Source: the human T2T-CHM13v2.0 reference genome, Homo sapiens. Taken from it: a stretch of 64,000 nucleotides of DNA. The stretch lies in the NCBI RefSeq assembly GCF_009914755.1, contig NC_060926.1; one strand, given 5' to 3'. A program made the position numbers and the translations under genes. The notes beneath the pieces were generated by a model that did no database searches, was not told the origin of the DNA, and saw only the letters and a list, made by a program, of their open reading frames with translations. Shown here piece after piece: positions 29,620 through 42,424 of the stretch (its first letter is position 1; each line of letters begins with the position of its first letter).

Positions 29620-30390
29620 CAACTCCAGCAGCCTCTAGCCATTCTATCCTACCTAAGCAGGGAAAAACTGAGAAGCACTAGTGAAGTTCACAGCCCAGGG
29701 CACAGGCTCATTGAAAGACAGACCTTATCACTGGAATACAGAACATCTTTTCTATCCTTACATCTTATTAAAAGCCTATTTACTAGAGTTCCTTTTACTC
29801 AGCACATCATGTTCAGCTTTCAAGAGAAAACGACAAGGCACACTAAAGGGCAAACAACATAGTTTGAAGAGACAGCAAGCATCAGAACCAGATTTAGATA
29901 TGGCAAGAATGATGGAATTACTAGACCAGGAATTTAAAACAACTATGATTAATATGCTAAGGCCTCTAATGGAAAAAACAGACAACATGCAACAAATGAC
30001 AGGTAATGTAAGAAGAGAGATGGAAATTCTAAAAAGAGAATAAAAATGAAATGCTAGAAATCAAAAACACTGCAACAAAAATAATGTCTTTGATGGGCTT
30101 AGTAGCAGACTGGATGTGGTGGAAGAAAGTAGCACTAAGCTTGAAGATACAGCAATAGAAACCTCCAAAACTAAAAAGGAAAGAGAACAAAGATGGCAGG
30201 GGGTTTGAGGAAGAAGAGACTATCCAACCAAGAACTGTGGGACAATTACAAATGGTGTAACATATGCATAATGGGAATACCAGAAGGAGAAGAGAAAAAG
30301 AAAAGAAAATTGAAACAATAATGACTAAGAATTTCTCCAAATTAATGTCAGACACCAAACCACATATCCAGGAAGCTCAGAGAACACCAA
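29620..30390 (+). mobile_element. Old L1M 5'/ORF1 fragment
   Basis: Peptides LLDQEFKTTMINMLRPLMEK and NFSKLMSDTKPHIQEAQRTP are L1 ORF1-like. Confidence 0.8.
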
Positions 30391-31519
30391 ACTATCACTT
30401 AATAAATGAAGAAATATATAAAATTATATTACATGAAATTTTATATACAATAGTATACTTATAACAAATGATCCATTTAAAAATTTTTACTAGAAATTAC
30501 TTCATCACATATTTTCCCCAAATAGATCAAAAGCTACATGAAGGCAGGTGTTATGTGTTCACTCATCATCGTATTCTAGAATATTTTATGGCACATAGCA
30601 GGCTCATAATAAATATTTCTTGAACAAATACTATCCAAAATGGTAAAATTATTTTAAAATTTCAAGGAAGAAGGTTCATGAGATATATTTTATTGTGAAG
30701 GAGTCTCAAGGCAAAAAAATTAGGAAACATTAGTATAGAATGTAACTGTCCAATAGAAATATGAAGTGGCTACATATGTAATTTTAAACTTGCTACTACT
30801 AGACATATTTTTAAAAGAAACATGAAAAATTAAATTTAATGTCATCATATATATAAAGTATCATATATCAACATGTAATCAATACATAAACATCTTGATA
30901 AGCTATTTTCTATTCCTCTGTATGTATGCCAAGTCTTGTAACCAGGGATCAACTATCGACTACTATATTTCAGTCCCCCAATTTTTTGGCCAAATCTATT
31001 GTTTAATATTTTTAGGCACCTATAGTATTCTAGGCTTTATGGAAAGTTTATGGAAAATAAATCCTCAAATAGCTTTCTAAAAAGCACCTGGATCTTCCTA
31101 TAAATACTCAGTTTCTAATTATTTAGGTTTCCAATTATACACATAATTGGGCAGGAGTATTTGGATCCTTGCTAAATCTAAGAAATGTCTTTACAACTAC
31201 TAAAATACTTTATTATATTACTCTAGGCACCACCATCATCTTTGATGATTATTTCTTTCATATACACCCAAGATACTTAGGAACAAGAGGTCCCTTTTCT
31301 AAAAGAATTTAGTCTAATGATGCAGAACTTCGAAGAACCTAGAAGGAAGAAAACTGGAAAAAAGAATTAAACTTTTTGTCACAACACACAGAAATGAAAA
31401 TATCAAACTTACAGAATTTAAGAAGCAAAACTAAGTTATGAAAATATATCAGTCCTCTTTCAAAGAAAGCAACTAGATACATAATCTTGATTCTGTCAAT
31501 AGGTAACAGTTCTAGATAA

Positions 31520-31891
<372 letters not shown>

Positions 31892-32199
31892 TAAAAAAAA
31901 AAACAAAAAACAAAAAACAAAAAAAATTCCTTAGCACATCAGCAGCCCAGAAATGTTATGGATGGCAAAACAAAACAAAAACCAGTCTGTTATAAAACTG
32001 TTACAGATAGTCTATCAAGTAAATAATCCTCCAGTAAGCAATTCCAAACTCAGTGTATCTCCGGTTTTTTTAAGAAGTCTTATTAAAAAACACCAGAGAG
32101 AATTTCAGTAAGACAAGACAAAGCTTATGTTTTTAAATAATAAACATTTTTTAAAACTAGAAAGAATCAATTTTTTTGTTTTTGGTTATATTAAATTTG

Positions 32200-32500
32200 T
32201 TATAAATAAAATTAATCTAATAAAAACAAGGGGGGATTGTAAAGTTAAATCTACACCATAAATTCTAATTTTTAGACTACAATTTAATCCAAAGAACAAT
32301 CACTGTGAATTAAGGCATTAGTTGCTATTAGTTGCTCTGAAATTATTATAAATAAAATTAAGTTAATCTGATAAAAACAATAGGTAGACTGTAAAGTTAA
32401 ATCTATACCATAAATTCTAATTTTGGGTCTACAATTTAATCCAAAGAACGTTCATTGTGAATTAAGGAAAGTATGAGTTACTATTAGTTGTTCTGAAATT
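32200..32500. repeat. Two-copy ~146-155 bp tandem duplication
   Basis: 32200-32345 and 32346-32500 share blocks such as tgtaaagttaaatcta(c/t)accataaattctaatttt, ctacaatttaatccaaagaac and ctattagttg(c/t)tctgaaatt. Confidence 0.92.
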
Positions 32501-32506
32501 GTGTAA

Positions 32507-32832
32507 CAGTAGTCTCCCCTTATCAGCTGTTTCACTTCCATGGTTCGAGTAACCTGTGGTCAACTGCAGTCCAAAAACAGGTGAGTACAGTAAGGTAAGA
32601 TATTTTGAGAGCGAGCAAGAAGAGCACATTCACATAACTTTTATGTATAGTTATAACTGTTCTACTACTGTTGTTGCTAATCTTTTACTATGCCTAATTC
32701 ATAAATTCAACTTGATCATATGTATGTATGGTTAGAAAAAAATAAAGTATATATAGGGTTAAGTACTGTCTGCGATTTCAGGTACCACTGGGGATCTGAA
32801 ACATATACCCCAAAAATAAAGATGGACTACTG
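32507..32832. mobile_element. MER44-like TcMar-Tigger MITE
   Basis: Terminal inverted repeats cagtagtc.../...gactactg followed by TA. Confidence 0.75.
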
Positions 32833-33682
32833 TACTACAAATAAAAGGTCTTGCCCTGTTGTCTCCAGACTTTCCATTAGGAGTTTAATCTATATTTTTT
32901 AAGATTTCTAAACCATACATATTTATGAATTTAGCATTAATTAAATGCAATCTGATCCCTTGGACATCATGAAATACAGTAAAAGCCATCATCCTCAAAA
33001 GGTGCATGTACACAGTGAGATAATTACCAAGTCAATAGTTACTGAGTTGGTCCAGACAGTTAATAATCAGACCTTTACAAATTAATACATAGGTCACATA
33101 TTTCAAAAAATTTTTGACAAACTTTCTAAAGAAAAATAAAAAATTTGCTAATCTAATCTCAACGCTCAGAGTTGAAACTGATAATCTATATAAGAACCAC
33201 TCTTCCTCCTGAGAATGTGCATTAAAGATTAAAGGCCAAATCTGAATTCCTATCCCCTAAAATACTGCTCCAGATTCTGATTTATATTCTAGAATGCATA
33301 CATATATTCCATATATGCCATGGAAAATATCCTATCCAAATCTGCCCCTGAACATTAAATTTATTCTTTTAACTGGAATCTGGATAATCCCAGCTCTCTT
33401 AAATGCAGAGCAAAGAAACAAACTAGGAAAACATTATCAGAAAGACAGCAGATTTATACTTGATGCTTAAATAAAGTGAAAAGACTACCAACAGTATTTT
33501 GAGAGAGGGGAGAACCCTGAAGTAGGGTCAAATAATAAATTATTTCCACACTTGTGACCTAAATGTTTCATATAGCTAACCTAGGCCAATTACAGAAAGA
33601 AAGAGTAGAAAAAAGACAAATTCTTTTAGCAAAATATGAGAAGTTTTTAAACATTATCTCTAGACTATAAGGAGACTAGAGG

Positions 33683-33765
33683 AGTACAGTCGTGCCACTG
33701 CATTTCAGCCTGGGTGACAGAGAGACACTGTCTCTACAAAAATTTAAAAATAAATAAATAAAAAA
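33683..33765 (+). mobile_element. Alu 3' fragment
   Basis: cgtgccactgcatttcagcctgggtgacagagagacactgtctc plus A-rich tail. Confidence 0.75.
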
Positions 33766-36700
33766 TATATGAGGATTCAAAGTTACTGAATTGTAGCAGG
33801 GAAAAGTCCAATTAAACAAACAAAAAAAGAATGAGCTCACACTGGTACAGTTTTATTCCTCAAAAATACAGGAATTAATGGAAAGTAGGAATACAAAATA
33901 CAGTGTTGTTTTCAAGATTTCTTCATGCCACTTTACAGGAATTCTCAATTTACTGCAGTAAACACTGCAATAACTGGCATAACTAGGATTCAGTCAGCTC
34001 AGTACTTTATATTCAATGATGTTTTATAAGCAAGAACTTCTTCCACTTTGAAAACTATGCCTAAAAAGGAATTCTCTTTGAAGACTAAAGGAATTTAATT
34101 AAAGATAAAGCCACTTGGGTGGCTACATAACACATCAAACAGATCATACTTCAAGCAGAATTATTACTTTTCACTTGTAAGTGCATGACTCATAGTCATT
34201 TTTTTCTGTGTATATCGATTTGGATCCAAAAATCTACATGTAGAAGTACACTATCACATTTGCTCAGTCTATATACTTTAGCTTCAATTTAACTTCACAT
34301 GAATAAACACTGATTAATGACCTACTGCTGAATAAAAATTTGTTTAAATAAAAACAACACACTTGAGAATTGTCTTGGACTGGAAACAAAGCCTCAATAT
34401 TATATAAAATAAACAAAAAGTTCATAAATATTTTTAGAATATTAACAAAGTCTCAATATTATTAATGAATTTTCACGTCCATACAGAAATGTTTCTAAGA
34501 ACCTAAAAATAACATCAAGTATTTAAAATTTCCATTATGAATAGTCTTTGGATTTTTATTATAGACTATCTACTGGCAAGTTTAATAGTACCGTTTTTAT
34601 TAACATTTGCTGGGTGTTTATCCCACATGATTAGGGAATAAGGAGTACAATTCAGTGAAAAGTCCCCATAAAACAACATTTAAAAGAAAAAGAAAGGTAG
34701 AAATCTCTTGGAAATTATATATCTTCCTTGCCTTTCTAAATGGAACATACTAAAAGTAATGTAAGATTGTATTTATGATTCAGGGTCATCATGATGTAAA
34801 TTATTCCATTAAAGTACTATAATGCAGTATCAGCTTTAAGGATAGCGATATGAGAGATATGCTTTAAAATTAGTAAATTAGTTGCTAATTGTCCAATAAA
34901 TGTCACTCCTGCTGCAAGCAGCCCCATTCCTTTCTGTTTGTATCTTGATGAACCCAATCAGTAAACAACCCTAAGCATAATTCTATACCTGAAGAAAGCA
35001 GCTCTCTGCCTCCTTCAACTACCATCTAATACTATATAGACAAAATAAGGGTATGGAGAGATTATCTGAATACATGAAAAACATCATGAAAACAAGGATT
35101 ACATATTATTTATAAGATTTATGTGGTAGATTAAAGGGCATAAAGGATCCTATAGGCAATAAGAAGTTAGCTACCAAGAACCATCTCAATAATAAAGGAA
35201 CTTCAGATAGCAGGCATCATTTTTTGTCAAACACAGTAAAAGCTACAAGTGAAACTACATTGATCAGTGAAACCTTTACGTTAATTTCATAGAAGACAGA
35301 TGAATGAGTAAAGGAAATGAAATAATCTAAGGTATCATGATAAATGGCATCAAAATTGGATGAAGTTCTTGGATAATGCAGCAGTTGGGCTATGAGAAGT
35401 TAATTGACCTTCTGGTAGACAACTGTGATCAGATCACTGAGGCCTCACCTGAATGAAAAAGTAGTAAAAGTTATGAATCCAACAATAATAGTATATTACT
35501 AACAATGTACTAGTAAACTGAGTAAAACAAAAAGCAAAAGACAATTTCCTGATCTTCCATAGATAAAAAAGATAAATATTAGCCCACTGGCAAGTATTTA
35601 TTGAGCACCCACTAAGTGATCTGCAGCATGTCAAACATGAAATATATTTCTTTCTCTCAAGCACTTTACAATAAGTTAAAAAATAAAAGATACATCACAG
35701 ATTAGAGTGAAAAAATTTAAAATGCAAATTAAAGCAAGGTTTTTAGTTTTAAAGCCTAATACTAGGTGATAAACAAAGACATAATGGGAGGCACACACAT
35801 ACCACTAGATCACTGTAAATCAATACAACATTCTGTAATTTGGTGATGACATAAGAGCCTTAAAAAACACACACACAAACAAACAACAAAAACAGACTCT
35901 TTGGCCCAGTAATTCCTCTTCTACAAATCTAAGGGGGGGAAATTTCAAAGGTTTATGTAAAAGGATATTGTCTGTAGTGAAATATACACTAGCAAAACCA
36001 GAAACATCCCACATACGTGCCAACAGAAAAAATTTAAAATATGATAGTTACATGGCGAAATGTTAAGCAGCTATTAAAAATATTTTTCAAAGAATAATGA
36101 TATGCGAATGTCTGAGTTAAATGAAAATACCATGTGGTCTCAGTTTTAGGAAAAATACACATATATGCAGACAGAAATATTTAAAGTACAAAATATTTAT
36201 AGTTTTCTTATTTGCACTCATCTATTTTCCAATTACTTTATAATAATAAGATTTAACAAAATAATCGATTGTTATTTGCAAAGGCGCATCATGAAACAAA
36301 ATTAAAATGTAAATGTTAAAAGTCAATGTGAGAGAATTGGCCTGGATTAAGAAGTTTCACATAAAAAATTACTCCAGACAGTTTGCGGGAGAGAATAATC
36401 TATGTAGATTAAAACCATGAGGAAATGGTTGCAGACGCTGACACTGATCTAAGTAGGTGGAAACTGAGGGAGAACCAAAGATAATGGTTACAACAGATTT
36501 TAAAGATACTCAAATATATTCTATTTCATGATTAATTCATTGTTTATATTTCCCCAACATGTGGGCTTTTAAAAAATTCACTTTTGTTATAAAAATAACA
36601 CTACTTGGCAATTGGTAGAGATTAGGAATCACTTTTCCTAATACAAGGCATTTCTTCTTTCTTACAATCTCTTAAGACAGAGACCATATTATGAAACTTT

Positions 36701-37828
36701 ACAAAAACGAAACAAGTTTGACATCAGAGAGGTGACTAACCCAAAGAAATGGCTAGTTATTAAGAACGGGAAAGGCAGAGACCACTCACTGTTAAGCCTC
36801 TTTCTCAATACTGAATTATTTTTAGAGTCATTTTTTCCTAGTCAGAAATTGCCAGTTTTGTCTGCAGTGCTCACTTCACTTAGGTTTTGTGGCTAACAAA
36901 CCTGCCCCATCCAGCAATATTTAAAATTATTACTGACCCAAACTCAGATGAAGTTAAGCAAACTGGCTAAAGACGAAGGAAGTTTGTCTCCTAAACCTCG
37001 CCAGAACATGAATGTCCTGAAGTTTGGGGAATCAAAAACGGAATGTGCTTACCACAGTTCAAACAAAAAAACAAACAAAAACGGACTCTCCCAGAGTAAG
37101 AAAACATTACAAGAACGTCCATCCAGTGCCTGCCCTCCCGACTGCAAAGCCAGCCTCTTTCCTTTCCTGTGGTTTCTGAAACGGCCAGGATACCGCCTGG
37201 TATTTCTTGCTACCAAACACCACGCAATCTGACTTTTTCCAGCAAGACCGGTCCCTTCCTCAGCACACCGGTGACACAAACTTGGAAGCACCGTCCCTCA
37301 AAAATCCCCTAGATTCTGCTCTATCCCATCTAACTCTAAAGCCCAAATCTACGTTTTCCTGAAAGAAAGTGTGAAATAAATAAAATAGGGGTCTCATCAA
37401 ATCCAGTGGGCTCCGCCTCAGAGCCGCCTCAAAAGAGCCGTCACCACACCCCCAATGGGTGAGGCTCAGCCGATGAGGCAAGAGGCGGGTCCAGGAAACC
37501 ACGTGTTCTGCCTTCTGCGCACGCGCCAGCCAAAACAAAAGGGAGGTCTGCCAAGCCCCACCCCCCACGTGACCGGCGTCCAGGTCCGCCCCCACCCCTC
37601 CCTAGACCCCTTCCCTCCCCAGCTGCCAAGGCTGTTAGGTTTAGCCGTTTAAATTTGGCTGCGGTCAGACCCCCGCCCTAGAGCGCGATCCCGTGCCGAG
37701 ACCAGAGTCCAGCAGCCCAGAGGATTCGGGGGGCGAAGGGGCTGCCGGTCGGTCGCCTGACCCGCAAGTCCACCCGGCAGTCTTCTCCCCTCCCCGCGCT
37801 GCCGCCGTCCCCAAGAGGGAAGACCCAC

Positions 37829-38003
37829 CCCCGTCATCCCGCCGCTGAGACGCCGGCCACTCGCCTGCTGGGGCGCCCTGGCTCCCCTCCGCCGCCGCAC
37901 CTTCGGTCCGGCCGTGGTGGGGGCTGCTGAGGTGATCTCTAGCTGCCCGCCCGCCTCCCCCACCCGGGGCGCCGCTGACTCGTCTCCAGAGCGCGCCCCG
38001 CTC

Positions 38004-38043
<40 letters not shown>

Positions 38044-38080
38044 GGTTTAACAGTCCGCCCGCTGCCCGCAGCTCCGTGCG
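37829..38080 (-). other. KANSL1L: KANSL1L putative non-coding exon 1 (TSS approximate)
   Basis: Inside the CpG island, downstream (minus strand) of a GC-box/CCAAT cluster. Candidate donors GGG|gtgggt (exon end 37829) and CAG|gcgagt (37865). The TSS cannot be fixed from sequence. Confidence 0.6.
38012..38041 (-). repeat. (GGC)10 / (GCC)10 trinucleotide repeat in the KANSL1L 5' leader
   Basis: Ten uninterrupted GCC units on the plus strand, counted directly. Confidence 0.95.
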
Positions 38081-38119
38081 GCTCGGGGGGACGGAACCCT
38101 GCCGCGGTCTGGGAGCAGT

Positions 38120-38245
38120 GGGCGGGGCCCGGCGCTAGCCAATGGCAACGGGGGAGGGGCAGCGCCATGCAAATGAAGCGGGTGGCGGGGAAACCCCGGC
38201 AGGGGGCGGGGCCTGCAGAAGCGGCTCGGAGTGTTCTGGAAGTGG
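38120..38245. promoter_or_regulatory. Proximal promoter motif cluster: GC boxes, CCAAT, RFX-like half site, octamer, ETS core
   Basis: GGGCGGGG 38120-38127; CCAAT 38139-38143 running into TGGCAAC; perfect ATGCAAAT 38167-38174; GGGGCGGGG ~38203; GGAAGT ~38238. Confidence 0.6.
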
Positions 38246-39981
38246 CAGGAGCACGACTCCCTTAACTCTGGTGCAGGGTTTACCTCGGCTCCCTCGGGAC
38301 GGGTTCCGTGCAGCTCCTGCTTCCTCCCTTCTCTTTCCCAGTGCCATCCCTGGCGAGGGGGAAAAAAAAAAACACGGCCAGGAGACTTCCCACCCCTGCT
38401 TTGCTATTTTTGTACCTCCGTGACAGAAAAACAAAACCCTGAGGAAAAGTCAGGCGACTTCATTCCCTGCCGTCCGCGCCGGGGCCTCGACTACTGCTGG
38501 CGTCCGCGGCTTTCGCCCGCCGCTCCACAGGCGAGTTTTAAGAGATTTCTCACAATTGTCAAGTCCGCAAGTCTCCGTGCGTTTGCTTTTATTTGGGCCG
38601 TGCGTTCAAATCCGCTCATAATTCTTTCTGACCCTCAGAGGGGCCCTGAAGTAGGTGACAAATTTGCCTTGGATCCAACTGGGTGGTTTTATGATTAAAA
38701 AAAAAAAAAACAGACAAAGCAGTTTTAAGTCTCTACAAATCTGGTTTGAGTGGCGCTGGACCTAACTCCCCTCTGCAGTAACGCTGTCAAATAAACAAAC
38801 GGAGTTTATGTGGAGATAGTTGGCCAGCGACACCCAAAAACACTTCTGAGCGTCTTGCACCTGGCCCCGCGAACCGCTCACCACAAAACAAACCTGCACC
38901 TGGGCACTTCCCCAGCCAAGAACTCGATTTTTTTAAAACTGAACTCTAAATGTAGCTTCTTAGATGTTGTATCACAGTCTTTCCTAAGCACCGAATTTAC
39001 ACATGAAATGATTTAAGGAACGAAGAGCACTAGGCTTTTTAAGCCAGAAGGATAATAGCCATTATTTTAACCTTATCAATTGGATAAGATCCCGGGGGCG
39101 GAAGAGGGGAGAAATCCAAGGAATTGCAGTCATAACAAAGCGTAATCCGTAACATAGATAACTGGAATTGGAAAATTAGCTACTCGTTCCTGGTTCTTCT
39201 AGTAGATTGTGATATTACTGAAATAATTTTTATGACCAGCTGCATTTATTGGAGCTATATTTTTTTAATTACTGAATAATTGCACCTCGATATGGGGCAA
39301 GGGAAGAATTTTAGGAAATTGATTTACTTTCATTGTAATAAAAATTGTAAGCTAATGATGTGTTGTGAAAAATAATTAAATCAGTAAGTATTTATTGGAT
39401 ATTTACCATATTCAAAGGACTGTCCTAGTCCCTGGGGACAGAAATGCAAAAATGAATAAAGTATTTTTTAAAGTTTTGTTTTTTTAATTAGCAGTTTGAG
39501 ACATCTAATAAGCATGTGTTAAGATAGATCAAAGGAAGATTCTGGATTTGAGTTGGACGTTTAAAAGACTTAAGAGAGAGGAGGAAGGCATCAATAGTTC
39601 AGGAGATAGTGTCCTTGGGTGGTTTGAGGAGATGTTGTGTGAATATTTGGGGGGCAGAAAAGTACATTGTCAACTAGATTGAGTAAATCTTGAATGACAG
39701 GAATTCAGATTTTAACCTGAAGGAACTGTAGAGACATCAAATCATTTAATGGTAGTTTTCTCCTGTGAAATAATTTTTTGCTACCAAACAAAATATTTAT
39801 ATATTTGCCAAATGTTTATTGAACACATGTTTTGTGATGGCTAATGAAGATATATTAGTAAACAAATTCCCTGTCCTCATGGAGTTTATAGAGGATGACA
39901 AAGGGATTAAGCTTTGTAACTACACAAATAGTGATTCATACAGCATTTCTACATATATTATGTAATTTGTTCATCACATAG

Positions 39982-40330
<349 letters not shown>

Positions 40331-41575
40331 GCTCCAGATTAATTCTTTTATCTTCTAGTCAGCCCTGCCGCCTGCTAAATGTTACAGACCTTAAATAAAT
40401 ATTTCAATCTATCAAGCTATCATACATGTACATTTTCCCTATTTTATATTCGGTTTAATAGGAATGTGGGGAGATGATTAACAAAATAATACAGGTTTGA
40501 TATAAAATATATAGGAAAGCACAAAGAAGAAAACCACAATCATATGCAAAGTCTGTTGTATTTTATATGTATGACACTGTGCATACTGGTTTTTTATCCC
40601 ATTTAGCTACATGTTAAGCACACTATCCCTTGACACTGAATATTGTTCTAAAGCATGATTTTATTATTTGTAGCATATATATGCGAGTTTTCCAGACACT
40701 ATAGAATATCAGTTCTCCTTATTACAAAAATTGATATACTGAATCATTTGTCAAATTATTTTCTATATTACTCAGCAACAGCCTGAAAAGTGCATGTAGT
40801 TAATGTTTTTTTAAAATCAAGGACATATCATTTAGAAGGTACATTAAAAGCATTCTGATTTCCAAGAAAAAATATAACAGTGGTAAGAATAGAACACTTT
40901 AAAATCCAGCAAGAACAAGGAGAAGTAAAGGGCACCATTCTTGCTGACATAATAATTACCTATCTGGAAGCTTTAAAAAATGTCCAGGTAAGCAGTATTA
41001 CAATGATTTCATGAGATAAACTTCTCTCTTCAACACTGGTTTTTATTCAGTCATTCCTTTCACTCAAGAAACATTCATGCAACACTTAGTATAGCTGACA
41101 CTGTGATAAATGCTAGAGATAAAGGAGAAAGATCAATCTTTAATTTCAAGCAACTCACAGCCAAGAAGGGGCTTTTCTATCCCCCTTCGTTACTTTGTTT
41201 TTCTCCATTGCACTTATCAGCATGTAATGTAACATAGATTTTGATTTTTTTACTTTTGTAGTCTATCGCCCTAAATTAGACCATAAGCTCCATGAAGTCA
41301 GGCACTTTTGCTGGTTCGCTCATTGCTGTATCCCTAGAGCCTAGGACAGGGCCTGACACATGTGGATTCTCAATGCATATTTAATGTCTGGATAAATTAA
41401 TTTTCACATCCCAGAAAGTGAATGTTATATTCATTTTCCAGGTGAAAAAAATATGAAGCTCAGTGAGATTAATGTACCTAGATTCTTATGCTAATAAATG
41501 GCCCATTTCGAAGACAGACCTGACTGGGTCCAAAGCCAGAGTTCTTTCCTCACTACCTCTCACAGAATAGAAAGC

Positions 41576-41740
41576 CTATTCTATTCTATTCTATTCTATC
41601 CTATTCTATTCTATTCTATCCTATTCTATTCTATTCTATTCTATTCCATTCCATTCCACGCCATGCCACGCCACGCCATGCCACGCCACCCCACCCCACC
41701 CCACCCCACCCTACCCTACCCTACCCTACCCTACTCTATT
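41576..41740. repeat. Compound pentanucleotide microsatellite, 33 in-phase units
   Basis: CTATT/CTATC > CCATT > CCACG/CCATG > CCACC > CTACC > CTACT > CTATT. Confidence 0.95.
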
Positions 41741-42126
41741 CGAGGTTGTCCTATTTATTTCTCCACATTTCTATGCCCTGAGAAACTGTCCCCCACTGTT
41801 ATATTCCAGTATATTTAATTCTTCTTTTATGATCAGGTTTAGAGAGGGAAATAGAAGCAGAACGGCTAAACATGATAATCCCTACTCAGGACAGATTTAG
41901 CTTTAACTAACCAGTATCTATAAACAAGCAGACAAAAGGTAGAGGTAGGTAGCAAGACCTATAAGAATCTTCGAACCAGGGCTAAGTATAACAGAGAACA
42001 GAACTGGCCCATGACTACAGGGGAACAAAATGATTCCCTGTGTATATGAATATCCATGGCACTTTTATTCACAACAGCCTCAAACTGGAAACAGCCCTAA
42101 GATCCATCACCTTTGAAAGGATAAAG

Positions 42127-42424
<298 letters not shown>

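Larger units (their letters stand above)
37420..38620. promoter_or_regulatory. CpG island / KANSL1L promoter
   Basis: Only strongly GC- and CpG-rich non-repeat segment in an AT-rich window; ~16.5 kb upstream of the first coding exon. Confidence 0.92.

Noticed and set aside
32200-32500. CRISPR-like repeat/spacer array
   Set aside because: Only two long adjacent copies, no spacers, no cas genes, eukaryotic context.
37914-38698. Plus-strand ORFs in the CpG island (poly-Pro 74 aa, 93 aa, 155 aa)
   Set aside because: Expected from stop-codon scarcity in GC-rich DNA; no recognisable domain.
41498-41818. 106-aa ORF with repeated YSILF/PTLPY
   Set aside because: Translation of the pentamer microsatellite.
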